From: the human T2T-CHM13v2.0 reference genome, Homo sapiens
NCBI RefSeq assembly: GCF_009914755.1
Contig: NC_060927.1
DNA length: 64,000 nucleotides
Direction: 5' to 3' (one strand)
The notes under the pieces were generated by a model. That model was given only the letters and a program-made list of their open reading frames with translations. It did not search any database and had not been told where the DNA came from. Position 1 is the first letter of the stretch. Each line of letters opens with the position of its first letter. The translations under genes and the position numbers were made by a program. Below are positions 1-12,959 of the stretch, in pieces.

Positions 1-55
1 TTCATTGTATGGATGAAACTAACAGCCTTTCTCCCCCTCTTTTTTCATCCCACAG

Positions 56-134
56 TTGTGCTGATACTCCAGTGTTTCTAGCTAAGCCACCAATTGGGTT
101 TTTCACAGATTATGAAATTGGTCCAGTTTATGAG
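56..134 (+). CDS. DLEC1: DLEC1 exon (~6)
   Basis: cacag|...GAG|gtagac; [26 protein letters not shown]. Confidence 0.88.
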
Positions 135-191
135 GTAGACATCTTGTTTCTTTACAGCTCCCACCCCATCTGCTTTCTTATTTTTAAAAAG

Positions 192-2700
192 TCTTTATTA
201 TGGAAATTTTCTTTTTTTTTTCTTTTTTTTTTTTTTTTTTAGTATTTATTGATCATTCTTGGGTGTTTCTCGGAGAGGGGGATTTGGCAGGGTCTAGGAC
301 AATAGTGAAGGGAAGGTCAGCAGATAAACATGTGAACAAAGGTCTCTGGTTTTCCTAGGCAGAGGGCCCTGCCGCCTTCCGCAGTGTTTGTGTCCCTGGG
401 TACTTGAGATTAGGGAGTGGTGATGACTCTTAACGAGCATGCTGCCTTCAAGCATCTGTTTAACAAAGCACATCTTGCACCGCCCTTAATTCATTTAACC
501 CTGAGTGGACAGAGCACATGTTTCAGAGAGCACGGGGTTGGGGGTAAGGTTATAGATTAACACCATCCCAAGGCAGAAGAATTTTTCTTAGTACAGAACA
601 AAATGGAGTCTCCTATGTCTACTTCTTTCTATACAGACACAGTAAAAATCTGATCTCTCTTTCTTTTCCCCACATTTCCCCCTTTTCTATTTGACAAAAC
701 CGCCATCGGCATCATGGCCCGTTCTCCATGAGCTATTGGGTACACCTCCCAGACGGGGTGGCGGCCGGGCAGAGGGGCTCCTCACTTCCCGGACGGGGCG
801 GCCAGGCAGAGGCTCCCCCACCACCTCCCGGGAAGGGCGGCTAGCCGGGCGGGGGCTGCCCCCCACCTCCCGGACGGGGTGGCTGCGGGGCAGAGACACT
901 CCTCAGTTCCCAGACGGGGTCGCGGCCGGGCAGAGGCGCTCCTCACATCTCAGACGGGGCGGCGGGGCAGAGGCGCTCCCCACATCCCAGACGATGGGCG
1001 GCCGGGCAGAGACGCTCCTCACTTCCTAGATGGGATGACGGCCAGGAAGAGGCGCTCCTCACTTCCCAGACTGGGCGGCCGGGCAGAGGGGCTCCTCACA
1101 TCCCAGACGATGGGCGGCCAGGCAGAGACGCTCCTCACTTCCTAGATGGGGTGGCGGCCGGGCAGAGGCTGCAAACTCGGCACTTTGGGAGGCCAAGGCA
1201 GGCGGCTGGGAGGTGGAGGTTGTAGCGAGCCGAGATCATGCCACTGCACTCCAGCCTGGGCAACATTGAGCACTGAGTGAGCGAGACTCCGTCTGCAATC
1301 CCGGCACCTCGGGAGGCCGAGGCTGGCAGATCACTCGTGGTCAGGAGCTGGAGACCAGCCCGGCCAGCACAGCGAAACCCCGTCTCCACCAAAAAATACG
1401 AAAACCAGTCATGCGTGGCGGCGCACGCCTGCAATCGCAGGCACTCGGCAGGCTGAGGCAGGAGAATCAGGCAGGGAGGTTGTAGTGAGTCGAGATGGCG
1501 GCAGTACAGTCCAGCCTCCGCTTGGTATCAGAGGGAGACCGTGCAGAGGGAGAGGGAGAGGGAGGAGAGGGAGACCGTGCAGAGGGAGAGGGAGAGGGAG
1601 AGGGAGGAGAGGAAGACCGTGCAGAGGGAAAGGGAGAGGGAGAGGGCGGAAATTTTCAACTGTACACAAAACTAGGGAAAAGACTATAACTACTCCTCAT
1701 GTGCCCAATATGCAGCTTCAACAGTTATCTACATTTTGCCAGTCTGGTTTTGTCTATTACTCCTACAACCTCTTCATGTACACATCTATATGCACATGTA
1801 TGTGCTGGAGTCATAGAAGGAAAATATGATATCATGTCATTCTTCAGTTAATACATCAATTAGTATCTCTAACAGATAAGGGTTTTAAAAAGTAACCATA
1901 GTACCACTGTCACACCCAGCCATATTAATAATGATTCCTTAATATCAACTAATACCCATCTATGTCTGATCTTCATTTGTTTTAAAAAAAAGTCCATTTA
2001 TATTTGGTTTCTTTGCATCAGAATCTAAACATTGCATTTGATTAAAGTATCTCTTAATTCTCCTTTAGTTGATAATAATTCCTCTCCCACCTCCTGCTTT
2101 TTAAAAATGCCATTTATTTGTTGAAGAAACTGCAATTTCGTACACCCTGGATTTGGCTAATTGCGTTATTGTGGTGACATTAAACGTGTTCTTTTATCTT
2201 CCATATTTTCCACAAACTGGTCATTAGATATAGAGATTTGATGAGATTCAAGTTCCATTTTTCCTCTTTTTTGACAAGAATACTTCCTTGGTGGTACTGT
2301 GTATTTCTTATTGCAATCCATCAGGAGGAAGCATGGGATCTGGGTTTCCCATGATCAGTTATGAATGGCATCAGGTGTTGAAATTCTGATTCATTCTCTA
2401 TAAAGTTCTTATCAAACTTTCACTTAATAGTTAACAGCCTAGATGACTGCCAGATGACTATTGTCCAGATCCATTTTTTCTTCAATCAGGGCTTACAAAA
2501 TGGTAATTTCTAATTCTATTATTCCATCTACATTTATTAGCTTGATTTTCCATTTAAAAAACAGAATAAAACTTTCCCTCTAACTTTGATTCCTGCCTCC
2601 TCCTCTTTCTTGTACTCTCCTGATATCTATAGGTAACTATTTCTATTAGTTTGCATTCTTCCATTGTTTCTTTTTGAACCATAAGCAAATATGTATATAT
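192..2700 (-). mobile_element. Old L1M (L1MC/ME-like) 3' fragments, interrupted by the SVA
   Basis: Reconstructed target tttattatggaaattttcaactgtacacaaaa...gcagcttcaacagttatc resembles the L1M 3' end; similar pieces near 19860, 28590 and 38800. Confidence 0.45.
212..1647 (-). mobile_element. Full-length SVA, older subfamily (SVA_A/B-like)
   Basis: poly-T 212-240, SINE-R ~241-730, short VNTR, Alu-like region, (CCCTCT)n hexamer ~1530-1646; TSD ggaaattttc at 202-211 and 1648-1657. Confidence 0.95.
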
Positions 2701-3882
2701 AGTTGAACCCCCTTTCCTTCTTACTGTCCTCTACATCTTAACAGTATATCCAGTAATTCCTGCAAGAGCAGAGGCTTTCCTCATTCCTTTTTCCCAGCTT
2801 CTTTCTTTTAGAAGCTTCCCACCTTCTTGGGGAATCAGGTCAAGACCAAGCTTAGCAGTCACCAACTCTGCTCACCAGGTACAAAGACAACTAGGCCTAA
2901 TGATAGCAATCCCTTCACATGCACATGGATTGCATTTTATAGTTTAAAGAGCACTTGCCTATCCATAATTCTTGAGGAATGTCTCAACCACTCATGGCAA
3001 AAAGCAGACCAATATGGTAGCTCTATATGCTGAACATTAAGAGGAAGCATTTTGCTTACTCCCTGGACTTAACAGTAATGTGTTGTCTTTTGTACTTCTG
3101 TGTCTGGGACTTCTGTGTCTGGCCATCACGTTTTAAGGACAGTTGTAGAAGCTGGCAAACACCCAGAGGAAAGGAGCTAAAATCATGTCAGTTAGGGAAT
3201 AGAATAGGGAAAAGGGAGAGCTGCTGATGGACTTATGGCAGATATTCTTCTTCAGGGCTTTCAGATGCCTGCTGCGGAAGCCTGTGCTCAGAGCCTGGAG
3301 ATCCTGAGGCTGTAGATGAGGTAGACATAGACTGCTATGGAACAGTCTTTCCTCTGATCTTTGCCTACTTGTCTAATTCTCATCCCTTTGATGTTCATAA
3401 CAGTTGTTTACCCGGCTAAACTATAAAGTGTAAGGATAAAAACAGTTCAAATTTTCAGTCTTTAAAAATTTATGTCCCATGTACCCTTTCTCTGAAACCT
3501 CCCAGGGAACATGCTTCTTTAATAGAAATGAGGAAACCAATGAAGAGGAAGGCATGGAATGTGGTACCAAGAGATCCAACATAGGGGAGAGGTGAAGGAA
3601 ATCTCCAGGTTAATAACTCTTAAGAGATTTTGCAGTTAATATTGCTGCAAAGCAAAATTTCCCAAAGCTCAGCAACTTAAAACAATCATTTTATCATGCT
3701 TACAAATTCTTTGGGTGAAAAATTCAGAGAGAGCACAATGGGAATGACTTGTTCCACAATGTCTGAGGCCATTGCTGGAAAGAGTCAGTGCTTAGGGGTG
3801 ACATAAAAGTTGGGGTTGATGCTGTTGATGCTGTTGTAGATAGAGAGCTGAGGCTGTCTACCAGAATGTCTACACCACATAG

Positions 3883-4272
<390 letters not shown>

Positions 4273-4401
4273 AAGTATCTGCACTTCTAAGTGAGTATTC
4301 TAGCAAGCAAGAAGGAGATTGCATCACATTTTATGACCTAATCTTGTAAGTTGCACAGCACTACATCCTCTGCATGCCGTAGATTACAAACAAGTCACTA
4401 A

Positions 4402-4748
<347 letters not shown>

Positions 4749-5729
4749 TAGACTTCATCTCTAATGAGAACAGTGTCAAAGAACTTATGGATGTGTCTTA
4801 AAACTGCTCTAGGAGTTATCCTATATGATAGCAGTAGGTGTAGTGGGCAACTAGCCCAGATTAGAAGAGGCCAGAAAGCTCTAGGAGAGGTTGATTTATG
4901 GAGATGACATTGAGAAGAGTCCCTGATACACCTGGACATATGGGGGAGAGATTTGTAGGGTGGTGGAGAAGGATTGAATTATTGATAAGCACAAAGCAAA
5001 CAAAATAATTAGTTGATTATTCACTCCAGGAAAACCAAAAATTGTACAAGGCAGGGAAAGGAATCACCTCATGCTCAGCTGTGAATAGCAATTACTTAGT
5101 AACTTGAATATAACATGAATTACTAATCTAACCAGTAGTATGATATAACTATATTGGAAAGATGGGGGATAGGAAGGGCGTGTCATATGGTGAGTCAGAT
5201 ATGGGAGAGGGAAGAGGGAATATCCATATCCTCCATCTATAATTAATACCTAAAACTGAACAAAAGTAGTATACTATTTGGAGACATGGAAATAAATACC
5301 AAAATAATCAGCTAAAGGATGAAAAAGTGTTTATCTTTGGGGAGTGGGAAATGGCAGGATGGGGCCAGGGGAAGAGGGCAGTATTCTATTTTCAAAACCT
5401 TGTCGAACTCTGACTCTTTAAACCATGTGGCTGTCCAACTTAGAAGAAAACAATTTAAAAAAACCCAAAACTTTCCACAAAAAGAAACACCAGGCCCAGA
5501 TCATTTTGCAGGCACAGATTATGAAACATTCGAGCTATTCCCTATTTTATGAAACTATTTCAGAGACTAGAAAAAGAGGGAATGTACCATCATTATTAGG
5601 TAATAAGCCTAATTACCTTGACACCAAATAAAAATATATACCAGTCTTAAGAACATAGGTGCAGAAATACTAGGTAAAAAACAGCAAACCAAACCAAACA
5701 GTAAGGAACAACACACACACACACACACG

Positions 5730-6050
5730 CAGCCAATTCTTTGAAACCCAGGAACGCAGGGAATGTCTTCACAGCAGGCCTTGAGTTGGCAGTTGGCTCT
5801 GCTGAGCCTATTATTTTTTTCCTCCAAAGCTTCCAGTGCTGTTAAGGAAAGCCAGTCCATGCCACAGTCCTTATAATGATCACTATCCCAAACCTTGCAG
5901 CCACCACAGCTACCATGTTTCACTCCCTGGCCTTCCACCTGCACCTCATTTCAGTTGACCACTAGTGAAAGCCTTGGTAATTGTGACAATACCATCCCAT
6001 GGTGCTCACACCCTAGTTCCCACCAGCTGTTTCACAGATGGATTGGTGTA
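5730..6050 (-). mobile_element. Ancient ERV-L-class gag fragment
   Basis: Translation YKDCGMDWLSLTALEALEEKNNRLSRANCQLKACCE resembles the N-terminal coiled coil of ERV-L/HERV16-type Gag (recognised from memory). Confidence 0.45.
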
Positions 6051-6529
6051 ATATGTAGTGTTGGCCAAAAATTGATGTAAATGCTGATTTAGGAATACAA
6101 ATCTATAAATAAAAATAGGAAGACATACTTCATATTTATGTCAATTTTTATCTGGTGGGGGGCTGGTAGAGGATTTCAACTTTATCTGTAATGTTTTATT
6201 TCTTAAGCTGGGTGATGGAAACATGGCTTCTGTCATGTTATAATTTATACATTGTTTTCTAGTGTAACATTTCACAAAATATTAACAAAAGATGTGTACC
6301 TGTATTGATGTGCTACACACTGTGCTGGGTGCAGTTGGAGGATTAGGTCTAGACCTTGCCCTTGGGGGTCTCCCAATCTGGGGTGGCAGAAAAGAAAGTG
6401 GGGCTTAAAGGGGGTGAGTGGGTTGCATAAGAGGCCCAATTACATCCTGACATAGAGGTGCCATAACACTCTTTGTGTCCATGGGAAGAATGGTTCAGAG
6501 ATACGTGTTGAGGAAGACAGTAAGTAAGA

Positions 6530-6700
6530 GGTGAGGTGAGCAAAACTTTGAAACCAGATATCCTAGGCTCAAACCTAACTGGTGCCTCTTTGAACTCCAG
6601 TTTCTTCAGCTGTGAGATAGAAACAGTTCCCACCTTTCCTGGTTGTTGCGAGGTTGAGGAGGTACAGAGCAGATGCTCATAAATAGTAATTGTTATTTTA
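6530..6700 (+). mobile_element. MIR SINE
   Basis: MIR core: cagtttcttcagctgtgagatagaaacag...gttgttgcgaggttgag...tgctcataaatagtaattgttatt. Confidence 0.6.
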
Positions 6701-6713
6701 AACAATAGGTCAG

Positions 6714-7154
6714 TTTCATGCACGTCCGTGTGAAGAGACTGCTAAACAAGCTTTGTGTGAGCAATAAAAGCTTTTAATCACCTGGGTGCAGGCGAGCTGC
6801 GTCCAAAAAGAGAGTCAGTGAAAAGAGATGGGGTGGGTCCATTTTATAAGATTTGGGTGGGTAAAGGAAAATTGCAGTCAAAGGGGGTTTGTTCTCTGGC
6901 GGGCAGGAGTGGGAGTCGCAAGGTGCTCAGTGGGGGAGCTTTTTGAGCCAGGAAAAGGACTTTCACAAGGTAATGTCATCACTTAAGGCAAGGACCGGCC
7001 ATTTTCACTTCTTTTGTGGTGGAATGTCATCAGTTAAGGCGGGGCAGGGCATTTTCACTTCTTTTGTGATTCTTTAGTTACTTCAGGCCATCTGGGCATA
7101 TAGGTGCAAGTCACAGGAGATGCGATGGCTTGCCTTGGGCTCAGAGGCCTGACA
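6714..7154 (-). mobile_element. LTR7 (HERV-H) #1, 3' LTR of copy A
   Basis: Minus strand TGTCAGGCCTCTGAG...CATGAAA; adjacent PPT (ttcctgccttctt); ATTAAA polyA variant; two U3 repeat units. Confidence 0.95.
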
Positions 7155-10100
7155 TTCCTGCCTTCTTATATTAATAAGAAAAATGAAACAAAATAGTGTT
7201 GAAGTGTTGGGGTGGCGAAAATTTTTGGGGGATGGTATGGAGAGAGAGAATGGGCGATGTTTCTTAGGGCTGCTTCAAGCGGGATTGGGGCAGCGTGGGA
7301 ACCTAGAGTGGGAGAGAGAAAGCTGAAGGGAGATCTTGTGGTAAATGGTGATATCGTGGGGTTGTTAGAAGAAACATTTGTTGTATAGAATGATTGGTGA
7401 TGGCCTGGATATGGTTTTGGATGAATTGAGAAACTAAACGGAAGATACAAGGTCTGAATAAAAGAAGGAGAAAAATGGGTATTAAAGGACTAAGAATTGG
7501 GAGGACCTAGGATATTTAATTAGAGAGTGCCTAAGGGGGTTCAGCGCAATTACTTGCTTGGTTTAGAAGTGATCTCCTTGAGGATAGATTTCCATGATGG
7601 AAAGGAAATGAGAGGTTCTAAGAGACGGGCTAGCGGCTTGTAACCTACATGGAAGAGGTTATGAAATGACGACAGAATAGAATGGGCCTGTGAGGCTGGA
7701 AGGAGGTATTTTCCTTGGTCTAAGAACTATTTGCCTTGTGTGGGAAGAGATTGATAGGTGGAAATTTCAGCGGGGAAGTAGCTGGGAGTGACCGATGTGA
7801 AGGAGAAAAACTGGCCCTGAGGGACAGAAGTTGGAGAGCTAGCTGCTTGTCTAGCCACCTTATCAGCATAAGCGTTGCTTAGAGCAATGGGATCTGACGC
7901 CTTTTGATGCCTCTTGCAGTGAATGACCTTAGCTTCCTTTGGAAGTAAAGGGGCCTTGAGTAGAGTTTTTATTAAAGAGGCATTAATGATGGAGGACCCT
8001 TGTGTAGTGAGGGAGCCTCTTTCAGCCTATATGACCACATGGTGGTGCAGAATATGAAAGGCATATTTAGAATCAGTGTAGATATTGACGCATAGTCCTT
8101 TTCCAAGAGTGAGGGCTTGAGTTAAGGCAACTAGTCTGGCTTGCTGAGAGGTAGTGGAGGGGGGCAGAGTGGTAGCCTCAATGATAGATGTGGAAGATAC
8201 TATAGCATAGCCTGCCTTTGCTGGTGAGTGGCAATTAGGCCTGGTGGAACTGCCATCAATAAACCAAGTGTGATTAGGGTGAGAAACAAGGAAGAAGGAA
8301 ATGTGGGGAAATGGGGTGAACATCAGGTGGATCAGAGAGATGCAGTCATGAGGGTCAGGTGTGGTATCTGGAATAATGTGGGAGGCCAGATTGAAGTCCA
8401 GGCCAGGAACAATGGTAACTGTGGGAGATTCAACGAAGAGTGAGTGTAGCTGAAGGAGCCGGGGAGCAGAAAGTATATGCGTCAGGTGTGAGGAAGAAAA
8501 TAGATTTTGGAAATTATGAGAGCTGTAGAGAGTGAGTTGAGCATAGTTTGTGATTTTGAGGGCCTCTAAAAGTATTAGGGCGGCAGCAGCCACTGCACGG
8601 AGACATGATGGCCAGCCTAAAACAGTAAGGTCAAGTTGTTTGGACAAAAAGGCTACAGGACGCGATCCTGGTCCTTGTGTAAGAATTCTGACTGCACAGC
8701 CCTGCACTTCGGCTGTGTGTAATGAAAAGAGTTGGGATGAGTCAGGGAGAGCTAGAGTGGGGGCAGTCTCTAAAGCTGTCTTCAAGGAACGGAAAGAGGA
8801 GTGGGGAAAGGATTTAGGATCTATGGGGTCAACTAGGTTTCCTTTTGTGAGTTTATATAATGGTTTTGTTAGGATGGCAAAACCAGGTATCTAAAGGCGA
8901 AAATATCTAACCATGCCTAGGAAGGAAAGGAGTTGTTGTTTTGTAGAAGGGGTTGGGGTTTGAGAGATTAGTCGGGCACGATCGGCAGGGAGAGCACGTG
9001 TGTTTTTATGAAGAATTATGCCGAGGTAGGTAATGGATGGAGAAGAAATTTGAGTTTTGGAGGGAGATACCTGATATCCTTTGGAGAATAAATGTTGAAG
9101 GAGCAGAAGTGTGTCTTGTTGAGAAGATTCAAAGGAGGGGCTACAAAGAAGAAGGTCATCAATATATTGAATAAGGTGAGAAGCGGAGGGGTGGAAAGAA
9201 AGTAAATCATGAGAAAGAGCTTGGCTGAAGTAATGAGGGCTGTCCCTGAAACCTTGCGGCAGCACAGCCCAGGTAAGCTGCTGGGACTGATGGGTGACAG
9301 GGTCAGTCCAGGTGAAAGCAAAGAGAGGCTGGGATGAGGAGTGCAGGGGAATAGTGAAAAAAGCATCTTTAAGATCGAGAACAGAACACTGAGTTGTGGA
9401 GGAAGGTATTGAGGACAAAAGAGTGTATGGGTTGGGCACCACAGGATGGATGGCAAAACAATTTGGTTGATAAGGTGCAGATCCTGAACTAATCTGTAAG
9501 ACTTGTCTGGTTTTTGGACAGGTAAAGTGGGGGAATTGTAAGGAGAGTTTTTAGGTTTTAGAAGCCCATGCTGTAGCAGGCGAGTGATAACAGGCTTTAA
9601 TCCTTTTAAAGTGTGCTGTGGGATGGGATATTGGCATTGAGTGGGGTAAGGGTGATTAGGTTTTAATGGGATGGTAATGGGCATGTGATCAGTTGCCAGG
9701 GAAGGAGTAGAGATGTCTTATACTTGTGGGTTAAGGTGGGGGGATACGAGAGGAAGACACAAAGGAGGCTTTGGGTTGGGGAGAAGAGCGGCAATGAGAT
9801 GCGGCTATAGTAGTCAGGGAAGCAGATAATTTGGTTAAAATATCTCGGCCTAATAAGGGAACTGGGCAGGTGGGGATAACTGAAAAAGAGTGCATAAAAG
9901 AGTGTTGCCCAAGTTGGCACCAGAGTGGGGGAGTTTTCAGGGGTTTTGAAGCTTGGCCATCAGTACCTACAACAGTTATTGGGGCTAGGGAAACAGGCCT
10001 TTGAAAAGAAGGCAACATGGAGTGGGTAGCCCCTGTGTCGATTAAACAGGGGATGGACTTACTCTCCACTGTGAGAGTTACCTGAAGCTCAGCATCTGTG

Positions 10101-12507
10101 ATGGTCTAGGGGGATTCTGAGGTGATCGGGCAGCATCAATCTTCAGTCGCTAAGCTGAGCAGATCTGGGAAGGAGTCGGTCAGAGAGCCTTGGGCTAGAG
10201 CTTTAGGGGCTCTAGGAGTGGCTGCTGGGCGAGCTGGGCAGTCTGCCTTCCAGTGGGTCCTTACACAGATGGGACATGGCTTGGAAGGAATCCTGGGCTG
10301 CAGGCATTCCTTGGCCTAGTGGCCAGATTTCTGGCACTTGAAGCAGGATCCTGATGGAGGAAGTCTTGTAGGAATGCTTGACTGCTGCAGCTTAGGCATT
10401 TTGAAGTTCTTGTATGCTGGAGGTGTGGCTGAGTTTTGTCTCACAGCAGAGGCAAGTAATTGTAACTCAGAAATGCGTTGCCATCTGGCTGCTTCCTCTC
10501 TATTATTGTACACCTTGAAGGTGAGGTTGATTAATTCCTGTTTGTGGGGTTTGAGGGCCAGATTCTAATTTTTGAAGTTTTTTCCTAATGTCAGGAGTGG
10601 ATTGGGTGATAAAATGCATATTGAGAATAAGGCGGCCTTCTGGCCCCTCTGGGTCTAGGGCGGTAAAGCGTCTAAGGGTTGCTGCTTAAGCGGGCCATGA
10701 ACTGGGCTGGGTTTTCGTCTTTACCTTGGGTAGTTTCTTTAAGCTTGTCAGAATTAACAGCTTTGTAAGCTGCCTTTTTAAGCCTTTCAACTAGGCAGGA
10801 AATCATGTAATCTTGCCTAGCTATACCTGGGGAATTTGTCTGGTAGTTCCATTGGGGATCCTCTTGGGGAACTGCTCTAATGCCTTCCTGGAGGTCAGGT
10901 TCATGAAGCCGGTGGTTATCAGCATGAGATTGGGCTAGAGAAAAAACTCTTTCCTGTTCATCTGGGGAGAGGGTAGAAGTCAGGATGACATTTAAGTCAC
11001 TCCAGGTTAAATTGTAGGACAGAGTTAGATATCAGAATTCCTGTATATATTTAGTGGGGTCTGATGAGAAAGAGCCTAAACGCTGACTGATTTGAGAGAG
11101 GTCTGATAGAGAAAAAGGTACATGTACCCTGACTATGCCTTTAGCTCCAGCCACCTCTCTAAGAGGAAATTGTTGGGCGGGTGGGGAAAAGCTAGTCGCA
11201 GAACTAAACTGTAAGCCGGACCGGGTGTGAGGAGGGGAGGTGGTAGAAGGATTATAGGATGGAAGAGCGGAGGCTGAGGAAGAATTGGGACTTAGCTCAA
11301 CCTGGCCATGAGCAGCCTGAGGAGGAGGGGAAAGGTCAGATGGGCCTGTAGAAGGAAGACTGGAAAGATTCAGCGACGCTTGGGGTTGGGACTGAGGGGG
11401 CAGGCGGGAAGGAAAGAAGGAGGATTTGGGAGGAATCGCATTGGGAACAGAGACTAGGGAGGGAACAAAGTGTGAAAAGTGCCTGGACGTAAGGCACCTC
11501 AGACCATTTGCCTATTTTTTGACAAAAATTATTTAGGTCTTGTAGGATGGAGAAATCGAAAGTGCCATTTTCTGGCCATTTAGAGCCATTGTCAAGTTTG
11601 TATTGGGGCCAAGCAGTGTTGCAGAAGAAAATAAGGCATTTAGGTTTTAGGTCAGATGTGAGTTGAAGAGGTTTTAAGTTCTTGAGAACACAGGCTAAGG
11701 GAGAAGAAGGAGGAATGGAGGGTGGAAGGTTGCCCATAGTGAAGGAGGCAAGCCCAGAGAAAAGAGAGAGTAGAGACACGGAGGGAAGGGGTTCGGGGGT
11801 TCTTACCCTCCAGAAAAGTGGGAAAGGGGTCGGGGCGTGGAAATAAGGGGTTGGGGCACAGAGATAAGAGGTCAGGGCATGGAAATAAGGGATCGGGGTG
11901 CAGAGATAAGAGGTCGGGGCACAGAAATAAGGGATCGGGGCACAGGGATAAGAGGTTGTGGCATGGAAATAAGGGATTGGGGGTTCTTGCCCCCTAGAAA
12001 AGCGGGACTTGCCACTAAGGGTGAAGGAGAAGGGGTTGAGGGGTTCTTGCCTCTCCCCTAGAAAAGCAGAGAAGGGGTAGAGACTCAGAGAGAAGGGGTT
12101 GGGGTACTTGCCCCTCCCCTAGAAAAGCGGGACTTGCCACTAAGGGTGAAAGACCAAGGCAGGTGTCCTTGTGTGGTCTGACACCTCTGAAACGTGGGTG
12201 AATAATCAGAGAGGCATCCCTGCAATGATTAAACATCAAGGGAAGGCTGCCTTCCTAGTCTGTGACCGGCACCAGAGTTTTGGGTCCACGGATAAAACAT
12301 GTCTCCTTTGTCTCTACCAGAAAATGAAAGGAATTGAAATTAAGAGAAGGGAGAGATTGAAGGGTGGCGCCAAGATTGAAAGGAGAAAGAGGCTGAGGGA
12401 TAGTGAGGGAGGTTGGAGAAGAGAGTAAAAAGAGGCCGCTTACCAGATTTGAAATTGGTGAGATGTTTCTTGGGCTCATCGGTCTGAGGACCTGAGGTCG
12501 TAGGTGG
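7155..12507 (-). mobile_element. HERV-H internal region, copy A (disrupted gag-pro-pol; most of IN and env deleted)
   Basis: MGNLPPSIPPSSPL gag start, CFKCQKSGH knuckle, protease LIDTGA, RT LPQGFRDSP and YIDD, RNase H WFIDGSS and NIYTDSKY; frameshifts and stops present. Confidence 0.95.
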
Positions 12508-12959
12508 TTTCATGTGCGTCCGTGTGAAGAGACCACCAAACAGGCTTTGTGTGAGCAATAAAGCTGTTTATTTCACCTGGGTACAAGTGGGCTGAGTCTG
12601 AAAAGAGAGTCAGTGAAGGGAGATGGGGTGGGGCTGTTTTATAAGATTTGGGTGGGTAAAGGAAAATTACAGTCAAAGGGGGTTTGTTCTCTGGCAGGCA
12701 GGAGTGGGGGTTGCAAAGTACTCAGTGGGGGAGCTTTTTGAGCCAGGATGAGCCAGGAAAAGGACTTTCACAAGGTAATGTCATCACTCAAGGCAAGGAC
12801 CGGCCATTTACACTTCTTTTGTGGTGGAATGTCATCAGTTAAGGTGGGGCAGGGCATATTCACTTCTTTTGTGATTCTTCAGTTACTTCAGGCCATCTGG
12901 GCATATACATGCAAGTCACAGGGGATGCAATGTCTTGGCTTGGGCTCAGAGGCCTGACA
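12508..12959 (-). mobile_element. LTR7 #2, shared central LTR
   Basis: 452 bp; PPT on its right; TATAAAA and AATAAA on minus strand; joined directly to the copy A leader with no PBS. Confidence 0.95.

Noticed and set aside
687-1829. Cluster of GC-rich ORFs (also 17227-18770)
   Set aside because: Spurious frames from the SVA VNTR, Alu-like and hexamer regions.
11825-12140. 21-bp and longer tandem repeats (also 18425-18740) as a novel element
   Set aside because: Repeats within the HERV-H leader, present in both copies with different counts.
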